DNA of 63,850 bases, filler included, from Sluysia triapertura (Eukaryota): the NCBI GenBank assembly GCA_046118255.1. It is 5 parts of 5 records of this genome, joined end to end, with 100 filler letters (N's around TTAATTAATTAA, not from the genome) between each part and the next. Parts side by side here need not be neighbours in the genome. Positions count along the whole stretch, not along the records: positions 1 to 13,030 come from JBJNIA010064745.1; 4 more parts are not named here. One strand, 5' to 3'. The notes below the pieces were generated by a model. That model had not been told where the DNA came from and searched no databases. It saw only the letters and a list, made by a program, of their open reading frames with translations. Position numbers and translations under genes: made by a program. Below are positions 1 to 12,370 of the stretch, piece after piece. The stretch's first letter is position 1, and every line of letters starts with the position of its first letter.

Positions 1-1653
1 TGGATCAGACTGATTTTACACCTTTCGAGAAAGTTCCACGCTTAGCTTATTTGGAAAGTATGAGCTAATATTATTGTAACAGAAATTACTAAATAAACAT
101 TAAATTATAAATTTAATTTAATTTAAATTTTCCAACAATCCACCATAATTTGCAGTTAATAATTTTATAAAATATTGTTCTCGGTACAGGAAAAATAAGC
201 AATATCCATTGATAGACAAATAAGAATATCAAATAATATCAACATCATGGAGAGAAGTCAGAAACAGGCCTAAAGTGCCATAGAATAATGATAGTGTAAT
301 TGACTATAAAAAACGAAATAGTTAGTCGGAGCTGATATGTCAGTGGTCTTCTCAGTCAAAATGTATACGCAAAACCCCCTACTGGTGACTATCGAAGACC
401 TGAAATACAAGCGCAAGGTACAAATTTCTCCCAACTTTTCTCATTAATGTCAAGTCGCCGAATGATGATTATGAGAAATTTAAGGCGGCCCGAACTTTCA
501 ATATTACGAAATATTCCGACTTGAGAGATATACTCCAAATACAACTTAAATGTCTGGTTTCCCTTGACACGTTTGTCGTTGGAGCACTTGGTTCTTGGGA
601 TCCTGAAAATGATATCCTTCTGATAAAACTAGACTTCCGTTATAACTGGTTTAGCACGCCAGTGTATCAAACTTTCCATTGAACCATCCAATATCCCACA
701 TAAATAATATTGTTGTCATATGTGACTTAAACTTGGTACTTTAATGAGTTTATTTATCCTCTGTTTTGGGAGCTTAATCAATATATCATATGACTACAGA
801 TATTCTCTTTCACATTTTCATTTCCTTTTCTTTCTTCTTTTCATTTTGCATTCAATGGTTTTATATTTTTATTTATTTATTTTTTCCCTTATTTATTTTC
901 CTTTATTCTCATTTCTTTATTTCATCCACTTAATTTTATGTCTGTGATTTATCATTGGTGTGATTGTGATTTAATATCAGACTTATCAATGGCATTCTTA
1001 TAGACCCATAGTTCAACAACAATTATTAACATGTTCCTTATCACCAGCAGTACAAGTGGCAGCAGCAGCACGAAAATCAATTTTTTAAATGGACAATCAC
1101 TATCAGCCTTTTATTTATTTACTTTTATTTATCAGTTTATTTATATTTATTGTTTTTGTTGTACTTGTTTTTGTTGTAAAATAAAGTTTTCAATTCATCG
1201 AAATGCATAACTGTGAAACGAGAGGTGCTGGGTTCGATTCCCAGGCAGTCCATTTTATGTAGTCTAACATAATAAAACAAGCGCATTGAGAAATTAAAAT
1301 ATTGATTGGTGCTATTAAGCGAATTTTATAAAGTTATTTAAGAATATTCGATAGTAAATTCTATGAAAGAATAATAAGTTAATTATTTTGCAGATGAATG
1401 GACATTCCAAATGAATTGTCACGAGATGTCTTTCCCGGGCTGGTTTCGTCAAAACGTTGTTATGTGTCACACGATTCCCCCTGTTCTTTGTCCTAAAACA
1501 GCGAGAATAATAAAACCTGAAACTCATGAAGTATTTCTTTGCAGTTTGCAGCATTATGAGCGTACTGCTTTCGGATTGGATAGATTCAGAATTGCTGTTA
1601 TCTGGTTGGGTAGAATGGGACAAGAAGTTAATTTTCAAGTCAAGTTGGTTTGA
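1..1653 (+). CDS. Last two exons (1-57, 1394-1653) of an unidentified protein-coding gene, 5'-incomplete
   Basis: Frame 3 reads DQTDFTPFEKVPRLAYLE, followed by a GTATGA donor at 58. A TTTTGCAG acceptor ends at 1393. The phase-1 join is in frame and gives ...AYLENEWTFQMNCHEMSFPGWFRQ...VNFQVKLV* (includes ORF 1411..1653). Family not recognised. Confidence 0.7.
256..1269 (+). mobile_element. tRNA-core element copy 1, split into a 5' part (~256-347) and a 3' part (1196-1269) by a retrotransposon insertion
   Basis: 5' leader ACAGGCCTAAAGTGCCATAG...TGACTATAA and A-box GATATGTCAGTGGT end at 347. The sequence resumes at 1196 with CATCGAA...GAGAGGTGCTGGGTTCGATTCCCAGGCAGTCCATTTTATGTAGTCTAACA. Both halves match the intact copies at 2056 and 38726. 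Confidence 0.85.
348..1195 (+). mobile_element. 5'-truncated NeSL/Utopia-like (R2-group, restriction-like endonuclease) non-LTR retrotransposon, family 1
   Basis: Translation gives RRPEIQAQ...(frameshift)LINVKSPNDDYEKFKAARTFNITKYSDLRDILQIQLKCLVSLDTFVVGALGSWDPEND. This has RLE PD..D-x-K-like, KY and VGALGSW motifs and is homologous to ORF 33993..34256. A pyrimidine-rich 3' UTR ends AAAATAAAGTTTTCAATT. Confidence 0.85.
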
Positions 1654-1769
1654 TTTGCTTATTTATCAAATTGCGTACGACCTTGATAGCTAAAGGTGTA
1701 TCTTTTGAAGTACTCTAGAAAATACTACTTATTTGAAATGAGTTATTATAACTTTATTTAATAATAACA

Positions 1770-1985
1770 ATATATTAATTTATATCTACTACAAAGTAAG
1801 TACTCAAAAGTGCTTAAAATAATATTTCTGAAACAGAAACAACTTTGATTTTTTCTAAAATATTTCATAACCTTCCAGACATTTTCTGGTAGTACTGGTT
1901 GTATATTTTTGAAACATAAACAGTATACAACCTATCACCTAGTTCTTATTATCACTGTGGATTCTGTGACATCAGAAATAGTTCC
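1770..1985 (-). repeat. 3' tail of L2/CR1-type LINE family (reverse copy)
   Basis: Reverse complement of the repeated block ...CAGAATCCACAGTGATAATA...TACCAGAGAATGTC...GTTTCTGTTTCAGAAATATT seen at 5650-5880 and 42700-42960. Confidence 0.75.
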
Positions 1986-2055
1986 AATATATTTCCCAAG
2001 ATATGAAAGTTTTTGAAGTGATAAAATTAAACCATTTATTTTAAAAACATTGCGC

Positions 2056-2216
2056 TGTTGCGGTACAGGCTTAAGGTGCCATAGAATAATGATAATATAA
2101 CTGACTATAATAAAACGAAATTGTAGACTGGCTGATAGGTCAGTGGGTAAAGCATGGAACTGCGCAGCGAGAGGTCAAGTGTTCGATTCCCGGTCAGTCA
2201 ATTTTGTGAGCCCACA
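2056..2216 (+). mobile_element. tRNA-core element copy 2 (uninterrupted)
   Basis: TGTTGCGGTACAGGCTTAAGGTGCCATAG leader; tRNA-like core ~2129-2200 (TAGGTCAGTGG A-box, GTTCGATTCC B-box); ends TTTTGTGAGCCCACA. Confidence 0.85.
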
Positions 2217-2257
2217 TATCAAATACCTTTCTGATGTTGAAATTAATGCTTTACAAA

Positions 2258-2806
2258 AAAGGTGCGCAAACTAGGGGACGAGCCCCCGAATCGAGGCGCT
2301 AAAAATTTTGAAATTGCTAGATTTTACAAAGTTTTGTTTATTCTTTGAATATTTTTTGTTGTTGTTTACCAATTTAAGTAATTCCATCATCTAATTCCAT
2401 AATTTACGTTCATCAAGAATAAAATTTCAAAGCAAATATACTTACAAATTCATAAAGCAATTTTATATGTGTACTAGAGATGTTATGCTATTTAGTATTG
2501 TGATATTTTTTAGCTGTTAATTAAAAATAACGTTAGCAAACCGCTATCACAATCGTGAAATAGCAGCTATTAAATAACATAAGTGAAATATTAACAGACC
2601 TAAAATGGCATTTTTGATATAAAGAATTAAAATTTAATTTTGTTAATTTTTCTTTATTTTTGCTAAAGAATTATAACTGTTGTTGTTCATAATATACATT
2701 TTGTTATTAAAAATGTGTTTAATTTATTTATGAAATTTTTGTTATAGTGGCGTTATGATTTTTTTAATTAGTTGGGGTGCCACTTAAAAAGTTTGCGCAC
2801 GCTTGC
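2258..2806. mobile_element. hAT-like MITE
   Basis: Terminal inverted repeats AAAGGTGCGCAAACT / AGTTTGCGCACGCTTG resemble hAT CAGGGGTGCGCAAAC ends; no coding capacity. Confidence 0.55.
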
Positions 2807-2809
2807 AAT

Positions 2810-3380
2810 GAACAAGGAGCAACAAAAGAAAATTCAAGTACTGAAACGAAAATAGGATATAGTAAAAAGTAATTTTTAATTTAGTTTGATATTGATTTGA
2901 AAATGGGATCCAAATAAAATAATTTGCTTCCACAAGAAACTTGTAAAAAATGAATAAAAAGAAGTTATGCTGAAGCACAAGTTTGATATGAACCGGCAAT
3001 GTTAGAAAAGTAGAATATAATTATAATAAAAGAAAAAAGATCAAGAATTTTATAGAAGGCAGTTGCAATAAAAAGGTTACAAAAGTATAAAAGAAATTGC
3101 AGTAAAATTAAACATTAAAATCAGTATAAACAATGACGAGCTAATTTGTGGAAAAGAAAATAAACGACGAATTAAAAATAAAAGTACAGTGTAGATTTGG
3201 TATTGAAATGTCTTGCTTAAAAATCTGGTTCCATATTCGCACAAGGACTGACTTACCAGGAAATGAGTGATCTACTGTTGTTATTTGACGAAAACAATAA
3301 AAATAGAAACAGATAATTCTTTGTATGTGTCGGGGTTGTCGGAACATAAAGTGACTGAAAGAATATTGTAGGTAAAGGGA
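2810..3380 (-). mobile_element. Possible degraded 3' fragment of a family-1-related RLE retrotransposon
   Basis: Minus strand YNILSVT...CFRQITTVDH...VRIWN weakly resembles KARNNILKI...C..C...H..C...VRHN. ATGAACCGGCAATGTTAGAAAAGTAGAATA (~2987) resembles ATGAACAGGCGGTAGAAAAGAAGAAATA in the 3' UTR at ~33863. Confidence 0.35.
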
Positions 3381-5299
3381 TCAATATTTTATAAAATTTT
3401 ACCAAGAAATTTATAATTATATCAATTAATTAATTTAATTAGAATTGTTTGAAAATCATTTTCTATCGATAACTGTTCTTATAATGTTTGCATGGAGGTG
3501 GGTATCACACATAATAAAATACAATCATGAAATGTATCAATGATATGAACACCAAGACAGTGTGAAACACGTCAACTTAGATAACGCAAAATCATTATTT
3601 TTAATTAATTTTCTTTATTATATAGTTAAATTATAATGAGAATGCATAATAAAAGTATTTATCAAATTAATGCTCATTAAGGTATCATTCTAAATATGTT
3701 ATCGACATTCATGTGAGACGTACCGTTAACGTGTTTTGTATTATGTATTATGTATTATGTTATTATTGAAAATTAGTTTTATAATTGATTAAATTTTTAT
3801 TCAATTTAAGTTAATGTATTATTGTATCAATAAGTATTATTATAACTATCATCTTAAATTTTAATTTTATTATGTTCAAGAAATGACAGTTTGTTTGCGA
3901 CATAACTCATTATCTTTAGATAATTGCTAGATAATATAATATTAAGACGGAAATTTATGTTCAAGTTTGATTAATAAACTTGGTCGGCATAAAACCGAAT
4001 CTAAGAAGTAAGCATGGCTTGTCGACATGCACAAACACTATATAAAGAACCACATTTTTCTAACAAACACACAAAACAGAAGCTGATTTAATAAGTAGTG
4101 GCAAACACTTATTGAATCTTGAAATTATTTATAAATCGCACTAAATTTTATTAAAAGAGTCAGCCTATTTGTGGTTAGTTGAGTCTTGAGCTTTTATTAT
4201 TTATTTATTGTATTTTTGGTACTAAATATTTATTTGTGTTGTGTAACCCCCCAAATTGAGTATTATAATTGAATTTTATTAATTAACTTAATCATTATTT
4301 GATTTTTATTGTGCTATAGTTGTAATATATTGAGATTGAGACTCGTTTAATTGTCTTATAGAATTTAAAGAGTACAACAAAAACGAAATGACATAGAAGA
4401 ATATGATCCAATAATTGTCTCGGTCAACGAAATATGGATATTCCTGAAATAAACGTTACAGAAGCTTATCAAAAAGTTATATAATTATTATTAGATTTAG
4501 CCACTAGCATAACAAAGAGTAGTGAAAATTTGTATGATTTATTTAAATTGGAACTTATTTAAATTGAATCTATTAAATTATCTTAATAGATACAATATTA
4601 AGATAATATTAGCTATTTTAAGTAATAAAGAAAGTTTATAAAAGAATAATTCAAGAAGATTATTAAGAAAAATAGGACAAAAAGAAAGAGAAAATAATCC
4701 TTAATGAAACTAAGGAACTTGCAGTTATTTCAACTGTGAAATAAAATTATTAATATTTAATTTATAAATGATTATAAATGACATGGAGCAGAAATCATTG
4801 TAAGCATTGATAGTTTCTATTTTTAAACCTTGTGATAACTCGGTTCACGGCAAACATTTTGATGATTTGACGTTGAAATAGACAATTTTCCATATTCACT
4901 TTTGAAGTAATTACTGGAAGATAGCACAATTATTGAAGTAAAAAAACTTTGAAAAGAGTAATAAAATCATTGATAATGATCATAATGAAAATGTAGAACC
5001 TAATTATTTAGTAGATCTAAATAAAAACCCACACATAGAAACTAAAGATAAGGAAACAAATACTTTTAGAAGGAAACCAGGAAAGATAAAAATGATAACG
5101 TACAAGTTATGCGGTGAAACCCAAATCTTAAATGAAAATAAAATATAAAAATTTCTAACTAAAAATAAATATTACTATGTTGGTAATGATGAAATTAAAA
5201 TTAAAAAGCATTATTTTTCAGATATTGTATTTTCACTAATATTATATCGAATCACGATCACAACAGAATCAATAATTTGATCACTTAAAACATACAAAA

Positions 5300-5890
5300 T
5301 GACTACTTATATTTAGTAACAAATCTACAGTAATAAAAAATAGTTACAATACCAAAATCAATGAAACAATGTTAATTGTAGGTGATAAGACACACTAGAT
5401 GCGAAGAAAAAGTACGAAATATAGGTTGTTATATGGATTCAAAAATGAACATGGAAGAAAAAATTATTGTTCACTCATTGATAACTAGAAACATAGATTT
5501 TAACAATGGTTTGTTGATTTAATTTCATATAGAAAAGTGAAAAATTACAATTAATAATTAATCAAGCAGCAAAACTAATTCCCCAAGTGGGAAGATCTCA
5601 TATAACAACAAGAATAAAATTCAAAATATCTATTAGAAATAATAAAAAAATTTGGAAACCAAGATGAATATTTCATGGAGATATAATAATAATCTATACA
5701 GAATCCACAGTGATAATACCGTTTGTTTCAAAAAAATATACAACCAAAACTACCAGAGAATGTCAAATTACTGGAAGATTATAAAATATTGAAAAAAAGG
5801 CAAAGTTGTTTCTGTTTCAGAATATTATACTGAATGATTTATTTTAAGCGCATTTGAGTACTTACTTTGCAGTAGGTATCATAATAAATT
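5300..5890 (+). mobile_element. Degenerate L2/CR1-clade LINE, RT C-terminus and 3' UTR
   Basis: IGCYMDSKMNMEE, HSLITRNIDFNNGLL, QLIINQAAKL and RIKFKI motifs; same family at 42530-42960, 43440-43620, 44190-44300 and 58300-58590. Confidence 0.7.
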
Positions 5891-6427
5891 ATTATTATTA
5901 TCATATCTTCGTATAATCTTAATAAATCCAAATACAGTATTTAAATTGTAATTTATATTTCACTAAAAATTCTGTATTAGAAATTATCACATCAGAGACA
6001 TCGATTCTTTGAATGACATACTTCATTATGATTTAGTAAAAACCAAATGTAAGCTGGAAAAAATTAAATTTACTTGTAACATATAACTTCAATATGTATT
6101 GTGTAAGACAGCATTCATAAATATGAAAATATCTCATAAAATTCAGATCTATTAATTTAAATTGGTTTACACTAAAATACACAGTAACTTCTTATTGAAC
6201 CTTTAGCAATTATATTATAATAAACATTGTTTTCAGAAATTAAAATATTTTACTACTTTTTCCAAAAAAGTTGCATTCTAGTTTCCTTTATTATATTTTC
6301 ACATAATTGTGTTTTTACGATCCAGATGTCAAAAATGATACTTTTTTCTTATTCCAAAGTGAACTATGGTATACTAATTTGATTATATAATTAAATAAAT
6401 GAATTAAATAAATTTATTTTCTAAACC

Positions 6428-7123
6428 ATGTTAATTTTTCTTATCATTGCTGCACTTTATTCAGTCGTTTTTGGCAGTGAAGCACGGAACTACTCAATAC
6501 AAATTGGTAATTGTAATTATAAATTTCGATGGATAATTTTAACTTCGCCGAATCCCTTGAAACATGAAAAATTTTCGAATTTATGTTTAAAATTATATCC
6601 CAAACAAGAATTTCAATTGATTGACTTAGATCATTTAAATATTTTTTATGATCACTTTCGCAACAGAGTTAATCAAACGAAGTATTTCATAATTCGCGAA
6701 AAGTTCTACGAACAATTTATAATGGTTCATTTTAAAAAGTCAAACAAATTTAAAATTGATGAAGTAACAACATTACATCACTTTAGTTTGTTGCAGCCGT
6801 TCCATGTTCTATGTTTTGCTAAATATTGTACAAAGTATAGATATTGTGACGAAATTGTATTTAAAAAAATAATTAAAAGAAATGAGTATGTAGAAGAAGA
6901 CGATGCTAATAGTATAGAAATAAATTCGAAAATAAATAGATCAATTTATCAAAATAAACCAAATCAATTTCAAACCAAAATCGTTTATGTTGTTGGAATA
7001 TGTTTTTTAGTGATTCTAGTGATTGTATTAGCAGTAATATGGATATATGTATACGTTTTATACAAAAACGTTACAAGTGAAATCAAATTATTAAATAACG
7101 AGGAAAAATTAATACATATTTAA
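6428..7123 (+). CDS. Intronless predicted type I membrane protein (signal peptide plus C-terminal TM helix), orphan
   Basis: 231-aa ORF in very AT-rich DNA; hydrophobic N-terminus MLIFLIIAALYSVVFGS; TM segment IVYVVGICFLVILVIVLAVIWIYVYVLY; short cytoplasmic tail. Confidence 0.7.
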   Translation: MLIFLIIAALYSVVFGSEARNYSIQIGNCNYKFRWIILTSPNPLKHEKFSNLCLKLYPKQEFQLIDLDHLNIFYDHFRNRVNQTKYFIIREKFYEQFIMVHFKKSNKFKIDEVTTLHHFSLLQPFHVLCFAKYCTKYRYCDEIVFKKIIKRNEYVEEDDANSIEINSKINRSIYQNKPNQFQTKIVYVVGICFLVILVIVLAVIWIYVYVLYKNVTSEIKLLNNEEKLIHI

Positions 7124-7500
7124 TTATTTATTTTGTGTTTTATAATTATTGCGAGTAAATAATTTTTAAAATTTAATTTTAGTTGTATTTTATTGGTAAA
7201 TGAGGCTACTTTTAAATTATACTAAAAATAATTATATATTGCATAAGTTTTTGTATAAAAATTGTAATTAAAAATATATTTGTGACTTAGTTTTATTTAA
7301 GTATTTTATAATTTTAAATTATCGACATTCTTTAAATATATCAAATATGTCACATTGTAACCATACAATTTAAGTTTCGTAATTTTAAAAGAAATTAAAG
7401 AAACGTTTTTTTGTTACAGAAGTGATATAAATATTTGGATTTATTTCAATGTTTATTTATTGAATTGCGTAATTAATAATTATTAAATTAATAATTTTAA

Positions 7501-7767
7501 ATGATTGACGATTCGGAATTGGAATTAACCGAACATGAATTATATGAAATTAACCAATTTCTGAAGGAATTATCCGATATATATCATTGTAAAGAGACAC
7601 TTCAGAATGGAGTTAAATTTATGCGAGCAAAAAAATTCAATAGAACTAATGCATTGGAATTATATGAACGTTATAAAAATGTTCGCATGAAAGAAAATCT
7701 GTCAGATATAAATCCATTAGAAAAAGATGTTTTACGGGAATTAATATCGGAAAAGTTCACATTTTTG
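7501..7767 (+). CDS. PTPN9: First coding exon of a PTPN9/PTP-MEG2-like protein (CRAL-TRIO N-terminal region)
   Basis: ELTEHELYEINQFL...GVKFMRAKKFNRTNALELYERY...RELISEKFTFL parallels PTPN9 ELTPEEEQATKQFL...AVKFLMARKFDVLRAIELF...SEILSGKFTIL. GTAAGA donor at 7768 in phase 0. Later exons not found on this contig. Confidence 0.7.
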
Positions 7768-8499
7768 GTAAGATTACTAAATTAAAATCAAAATTTTAAA
7801 ACTATTAAACATTTTATTTTATCTTTAGTGTAAAGAAATTTTTGATATTTTTAGATTTGATTTTCAAATTTTAATACTTTACTTTACAAGTTATTTGAAA
7901 AGTTTGGAGGTTTTACTGTAAATGATGGATTTAGATAAGTTATACTCGTATTAGTTTAAAGAGTAAATCGACCAGCACACTATCTCTATATCTATTGGGG
8001 TCGATAAGTAAAAAAGTGTTTTTGTTGACAACATTGAGATATTGTTCGAACAAGTTCGAATTAACGCAATAATAATTTAATTTTACTATGAATGTAGAAC
8101 AGTTTTCGTAATATTTTATATTTCGATTGTGATTTAAGTATAAAAATACGATGAATGATTATTTATTCATGCTGCCATAAATCCAAAATGATTAGGCAAT
8201 GATTTCTTCAAACAAGCTTCTTTTAATTTCTGCTTTGTATTTCTAGCACAAGAATTGCGATACTATAGCGATTAATTAAGTGTAGATTTTGGATATTGCA
8301 CATTAATACAATATTTATATTGTTTTATATTAATGCAACCTTTATCTACATTTGTATTTGTAATAATAGTGTTATTACGAAACTTTTGATTAGGAAATAT
8401 ATACATTTAAAAAAATGCAATAAGAAGAGAATAATACAGGGTTATTCTTAATTTTCCAATCGAGAAATTGATATATAATATCTATATTTCTAAATCGTA

Positions 8500-10260
8500 T
8501 GGATATTCCTCAAGGAATACAAAGGTTTTTGTACAAGGGCTATCACAAAGTCTAATGTGTGCTATTAGCTGCCAAAGTGTTGTCTGCTATGATGGAGATA
8601 AGTTCAATCACTTCAATAGTCACCGCAACTGTTTATTGGTTATGGATAATTGCTTATTCATCATCGCTAAGATGTTTTGAGTCTCTTAACGTCGTCCAAT
8701 GGAATTGCTTATAAATTACTTACACCTTATACACTTCAGCTGAGGAATTTTTGGAGTAATTAAGGCTAGATATAATAAGACCATCAGACCTAGGCCAACA
8801 AATGCAACCGAAATTCAGAATGCAGCTATAATGAAAACTTATAATTTCATATTATAACAAACTGAGAGGTCATTTGATGCTGGGAATCAACAGATTGCAG
8901 TTTACATAAAATATTTTGGCAACATTTTTCGCCTTTGTTAAAATTTTGTATCTTATTATTTGTTTCCGTGGATTATTTTTATATTTCCTAATCAAAAATG
9001 TTATATTTTGTAATCAAAAGTTTTATATTTCGTAATAAATATTATTGCAAATTATAAAAATTGGGATTTGGATACTTTTTTAAATCATTAATTAATTAAT
9101 TAATTAATAATTATTATAGAATATTACAGATATAAATTATGATTTTATATCTTCAGAAAATAGTGCTAGATCGTGATGATATAAACTATATTTTACTTAA
9201 TTAGTAACAAGATCACCTATTCCAAGTATATATTCGGCTTATAAACTTATTGAACTAATCATTTAATACATTCCCTACCAACCACGAATATACTCGTGAT
9301 ATTTTCAATATATATATTATAACGTACAGCTTGAAAACATTTGTGGCCATAAACATAAATATACAAGTGTAAAAACTTGAAAAAGGGCTACCAATAAATT
9401 GTTTTTACAAAAATTTTACTTCATTTAATAATTTGTTTATTTCCAAACTAATAACTAAACTACTACTGATGAGGGAGATGTTTCAGATAAACTCAGTTAG
9501 AGTCAAATTGTTCAATATTACATGATCCCGTGTCATTTCTGACACAAAATAAAATCTGAGTAATCGTCAGCAGTGAATATAACCAGCATTTGCAAATTTA
9601 GAGAAAATTGTGTCCAGTTTTTTATACTTTCATCTCTTTGTGTGATTCATGATTTGTGTGCAACTAAGAAAAAGGATATCGAGCCCTCTTGCATTCATTC
9701 CCATTGCCAATCACACGAGTTTACTCGTGTTTGATTTTTATTCATGTAAATGATTATTATTTATGACAAAAAACACTCAAAATAGAAATAGCAAACCGAA
9801 TAACTTCATACAATTTAGGATTGGTAACGAATGGGTTAAACTTATCGATGTTATTGTTTGCCCCTGGTAAAAGAAGTGGACGTTAAAATTCCATTTTTCC
9901 ATTGTGGCACGCAGAAAGTAAACTAATCAACGAATACAGAAAGGATATAACTAATGTTAACAAAATAATAGCATTTTCCAGACAGACTATGAGAAATAGA
10001 CTGTTTTAAATCAAGAATTTAAATTTATTTTCAAATTTTTTTGCATATCCTCACAATTAATGAGTAGCCCAATAGAGTTGATCAGACACGAATAGATGTT
10101 ATTTGTATTCGATGAAAAATTCTATGTTATATTCAAAGTTTAGTCCAATAATTCACTATGTAAGTGTTTAGAAAAGAATATTACCTATATCCGCAAAATA
10201 CCTGGAAGTCAGATCTCCTAACAAGAACGTTTTATATCTTTATATGCTTAGAAGACGGCT
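8500..10260 (-). mobile_element. Heavily decayed Ty3/gypsy pol remnant
   Basis: Minus-strand fragments in gypsy order: GDLTSRYF (LDLxSGY-like, ~10210), FEYK (~10110), QGQTITS (LGHxIS-like), CDWQW, GSPF, HEYIRG, AIPL; many stops and frameshifts. Confidence 0.5.
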
Positions 10261-11401
10261 TATTCGGATTTTCTTTTAACACGAAATTATATTATTATTC
10301 CTAATGAAATATTATAAAATTAAAGTAGCCCTTAAGATCTAGTTTATAAAATGTAATTTAAGTTAGCCTTTAAGGTCTAGCGTATAGGTTCAGTCAACTT
10401 ATTAGTTACACAGAAGATTAAATTAATCTTTGTTTCGTTTCAAAACTTAAAATTCCTACAATGTATTACTTTCTTATGAACAAAATAACGACATGTAAAA
10501 CTTTAAGCCTTTTATTCAACAAATACATTTAATGCAAAGGTATCTATATACATAAAAAACAATAAAATAATGTAATAATATGCAGTTTAAGTAGTACTTA
10601 CAAGATACAGTCCTTTAGTACTTGGTGATTTTAAATTAAAATTAACATAGCTGTTAAGATTTAGGATACAAGAGTTAAAATTTAAATCTGATTTTAGTCC
10701 TATTTAAAGTGAGAACGTTAAAACTTATTAATCTTACTTGTTACTCGTGGAAATATTGAATGTGATAATTCCAGAAACTGTTGAAATTGAAATTACAATT
10801 GTTTATTAAAATGGCATCTTTTTTGACATTAATTTAAACAAAATTAATAATTTTTTAATATTAAAATTTTATAAAAATTAACTAATTATATATGTTATAA
10901 AATTTAAATTACTTTTTTGCGATTTGTAATTTAAATTATTTACAATTTATAATTTATTTAATTATTTTACATAAATAGTAAAATTCAACACATAAATAAT
11001 AACAAAATCTCAACAAATACCACAATATTAGCAAATTATGATGATAATTAACACTTGCAAAATTATTTCTGAAGATAAGTTCGCCTATGGATATCGATTT
11101 ATTCTTTCTAAGAATCTGTTGTCGACATAATATTTTATGAAATATGATCTCTTGTTGAAGAGGTTTTAGGAGTTTATGGTTTAAAGTGATTTTTATTATC
11201 TTTATAAATGGCTTGATTTATTAAAAAGTACATAGATTAAAATTGAGTTACATTTATTGCCTTTATAAATCAAGTTAGCAATCATTGTTTTTAATTTTTG
11301 TTCTTTTATTAATTTTGTCTTAAAAAATTTATTGTAAGATAAACTAAATATATAATGTAGATTAAAGTTTATTAAATTTTCAAAAATTTTGGTTTCATAG
11401 C

Positions 11402-12370
11402 TCATGTCTGGCACGTTATGACTGTCTGTGTTAGATTCTCCATTAATAATAAATACAAATATAAAAGATCAATAATTGGTAGGTAAATATTTAAAATTAC
11501 TTCGACTAAACTATTTAGGCAACCATCGGATTTAATATTGCTCGTAATACCAACATCTAATTGATCAATACAGAATCTGTGGTCAGATGTGTAATTTTGT
11601 AGAGATACAAGTAAATCTTTCAAACGATTGAAATGCTCGTAAAAGAATTGATTTGTTGATCCAAGATTAATCACTTCGAAGGTGTCTTGGAAATAGGGAC
11701 AATGTACGCCAAATTTTAGACATAAGCCGGCTTCATTTAACTGATATGGACATTGAAACGTTATTTTTTGATCCAAAGATTTCCACTTAAATTAAATTAA
11801 CATTATTGTTGGTAGTTTTTATATAACCAGAGATATATCCACATGTATAGATTTTATTGAATTTTTGATATGGATCAGGTTCGGTTTTATATTTTTCATG
11901 AAATACATTTGGCCTGTTGTAATGGACTCCAAAACAGCTGTTTCAGTTGATAAACACAAAATTTCTTTTACTTCTCAAATGATTTTATCAGACACGTCAT
12001 TAGCATGCCGTAAAATTGTTCAAGAACATGTAAACTTTTATAATCCGATCTAAGGTCACGAAACCGTTGATAAACACCATCAACTTTATCTATAAGAATT
12101 CGACTTAATCAATCATCGGTGCATGTATTCGAGAGTACTTTCATAAAATTTTTTCTCCTTGCAGTTTTTTCTGAAATAGCCAAGATAAACTTATATTGTA
12201 GTTGTTCAATTGAGTTTGTTTGTAAGGCTTTATAAACTTCAGTTAGACTTTTTGTTGCACGATTTGAGTCTAGAACTATGCACGTGATCTCAGAATTTTT
12301 TGAATAACGTATTTGATCTTGTACTAATGGTTTGAGTGATAATAATACAATGTAACTTTTCCTTGATAAG
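11402..12370 (-). pseudogene. Degenerate RecQ-helicase-derived segment followed by an Unkempt-like CCCH zinc finger (copy A)
   Basis: Minus strand reads PLVQDQIR, KFILAISEK, LSRILIDKVDGVYQRFRDLRSDYKSL (RecQ [26 protein letters not shown]) and NRPNVFHEKYKTEP, then ORF 11402..11776 QCPYQLNEAGLCLKFGVHCPYFQDTFE. Confidence 0.7.

Noticed and set aside
744-947. Hydrophobic 67-aa membrane protein
   Set aside because: It is the T-rich 3' UTR of the family-1 retrotransposon; the Phe/Leu richness is compositional.
1315-1638. Minus-strand 107-aa ORF
   Set aside because: It is the antisense shadow of the plus-strand exon 1394-1653. ORFs 46958..47173, 48185..48403, 49359..49580 and 61274..61549 are likewise antisense to TE genes.
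9462-9500. Hammerhead ribozyme core (CTGATGAG)
   Set aside because: There is no correctly placed GAAA or closing stems. The same applies to CTGAAGA at ~33269 and CCGATGA at ~50636.
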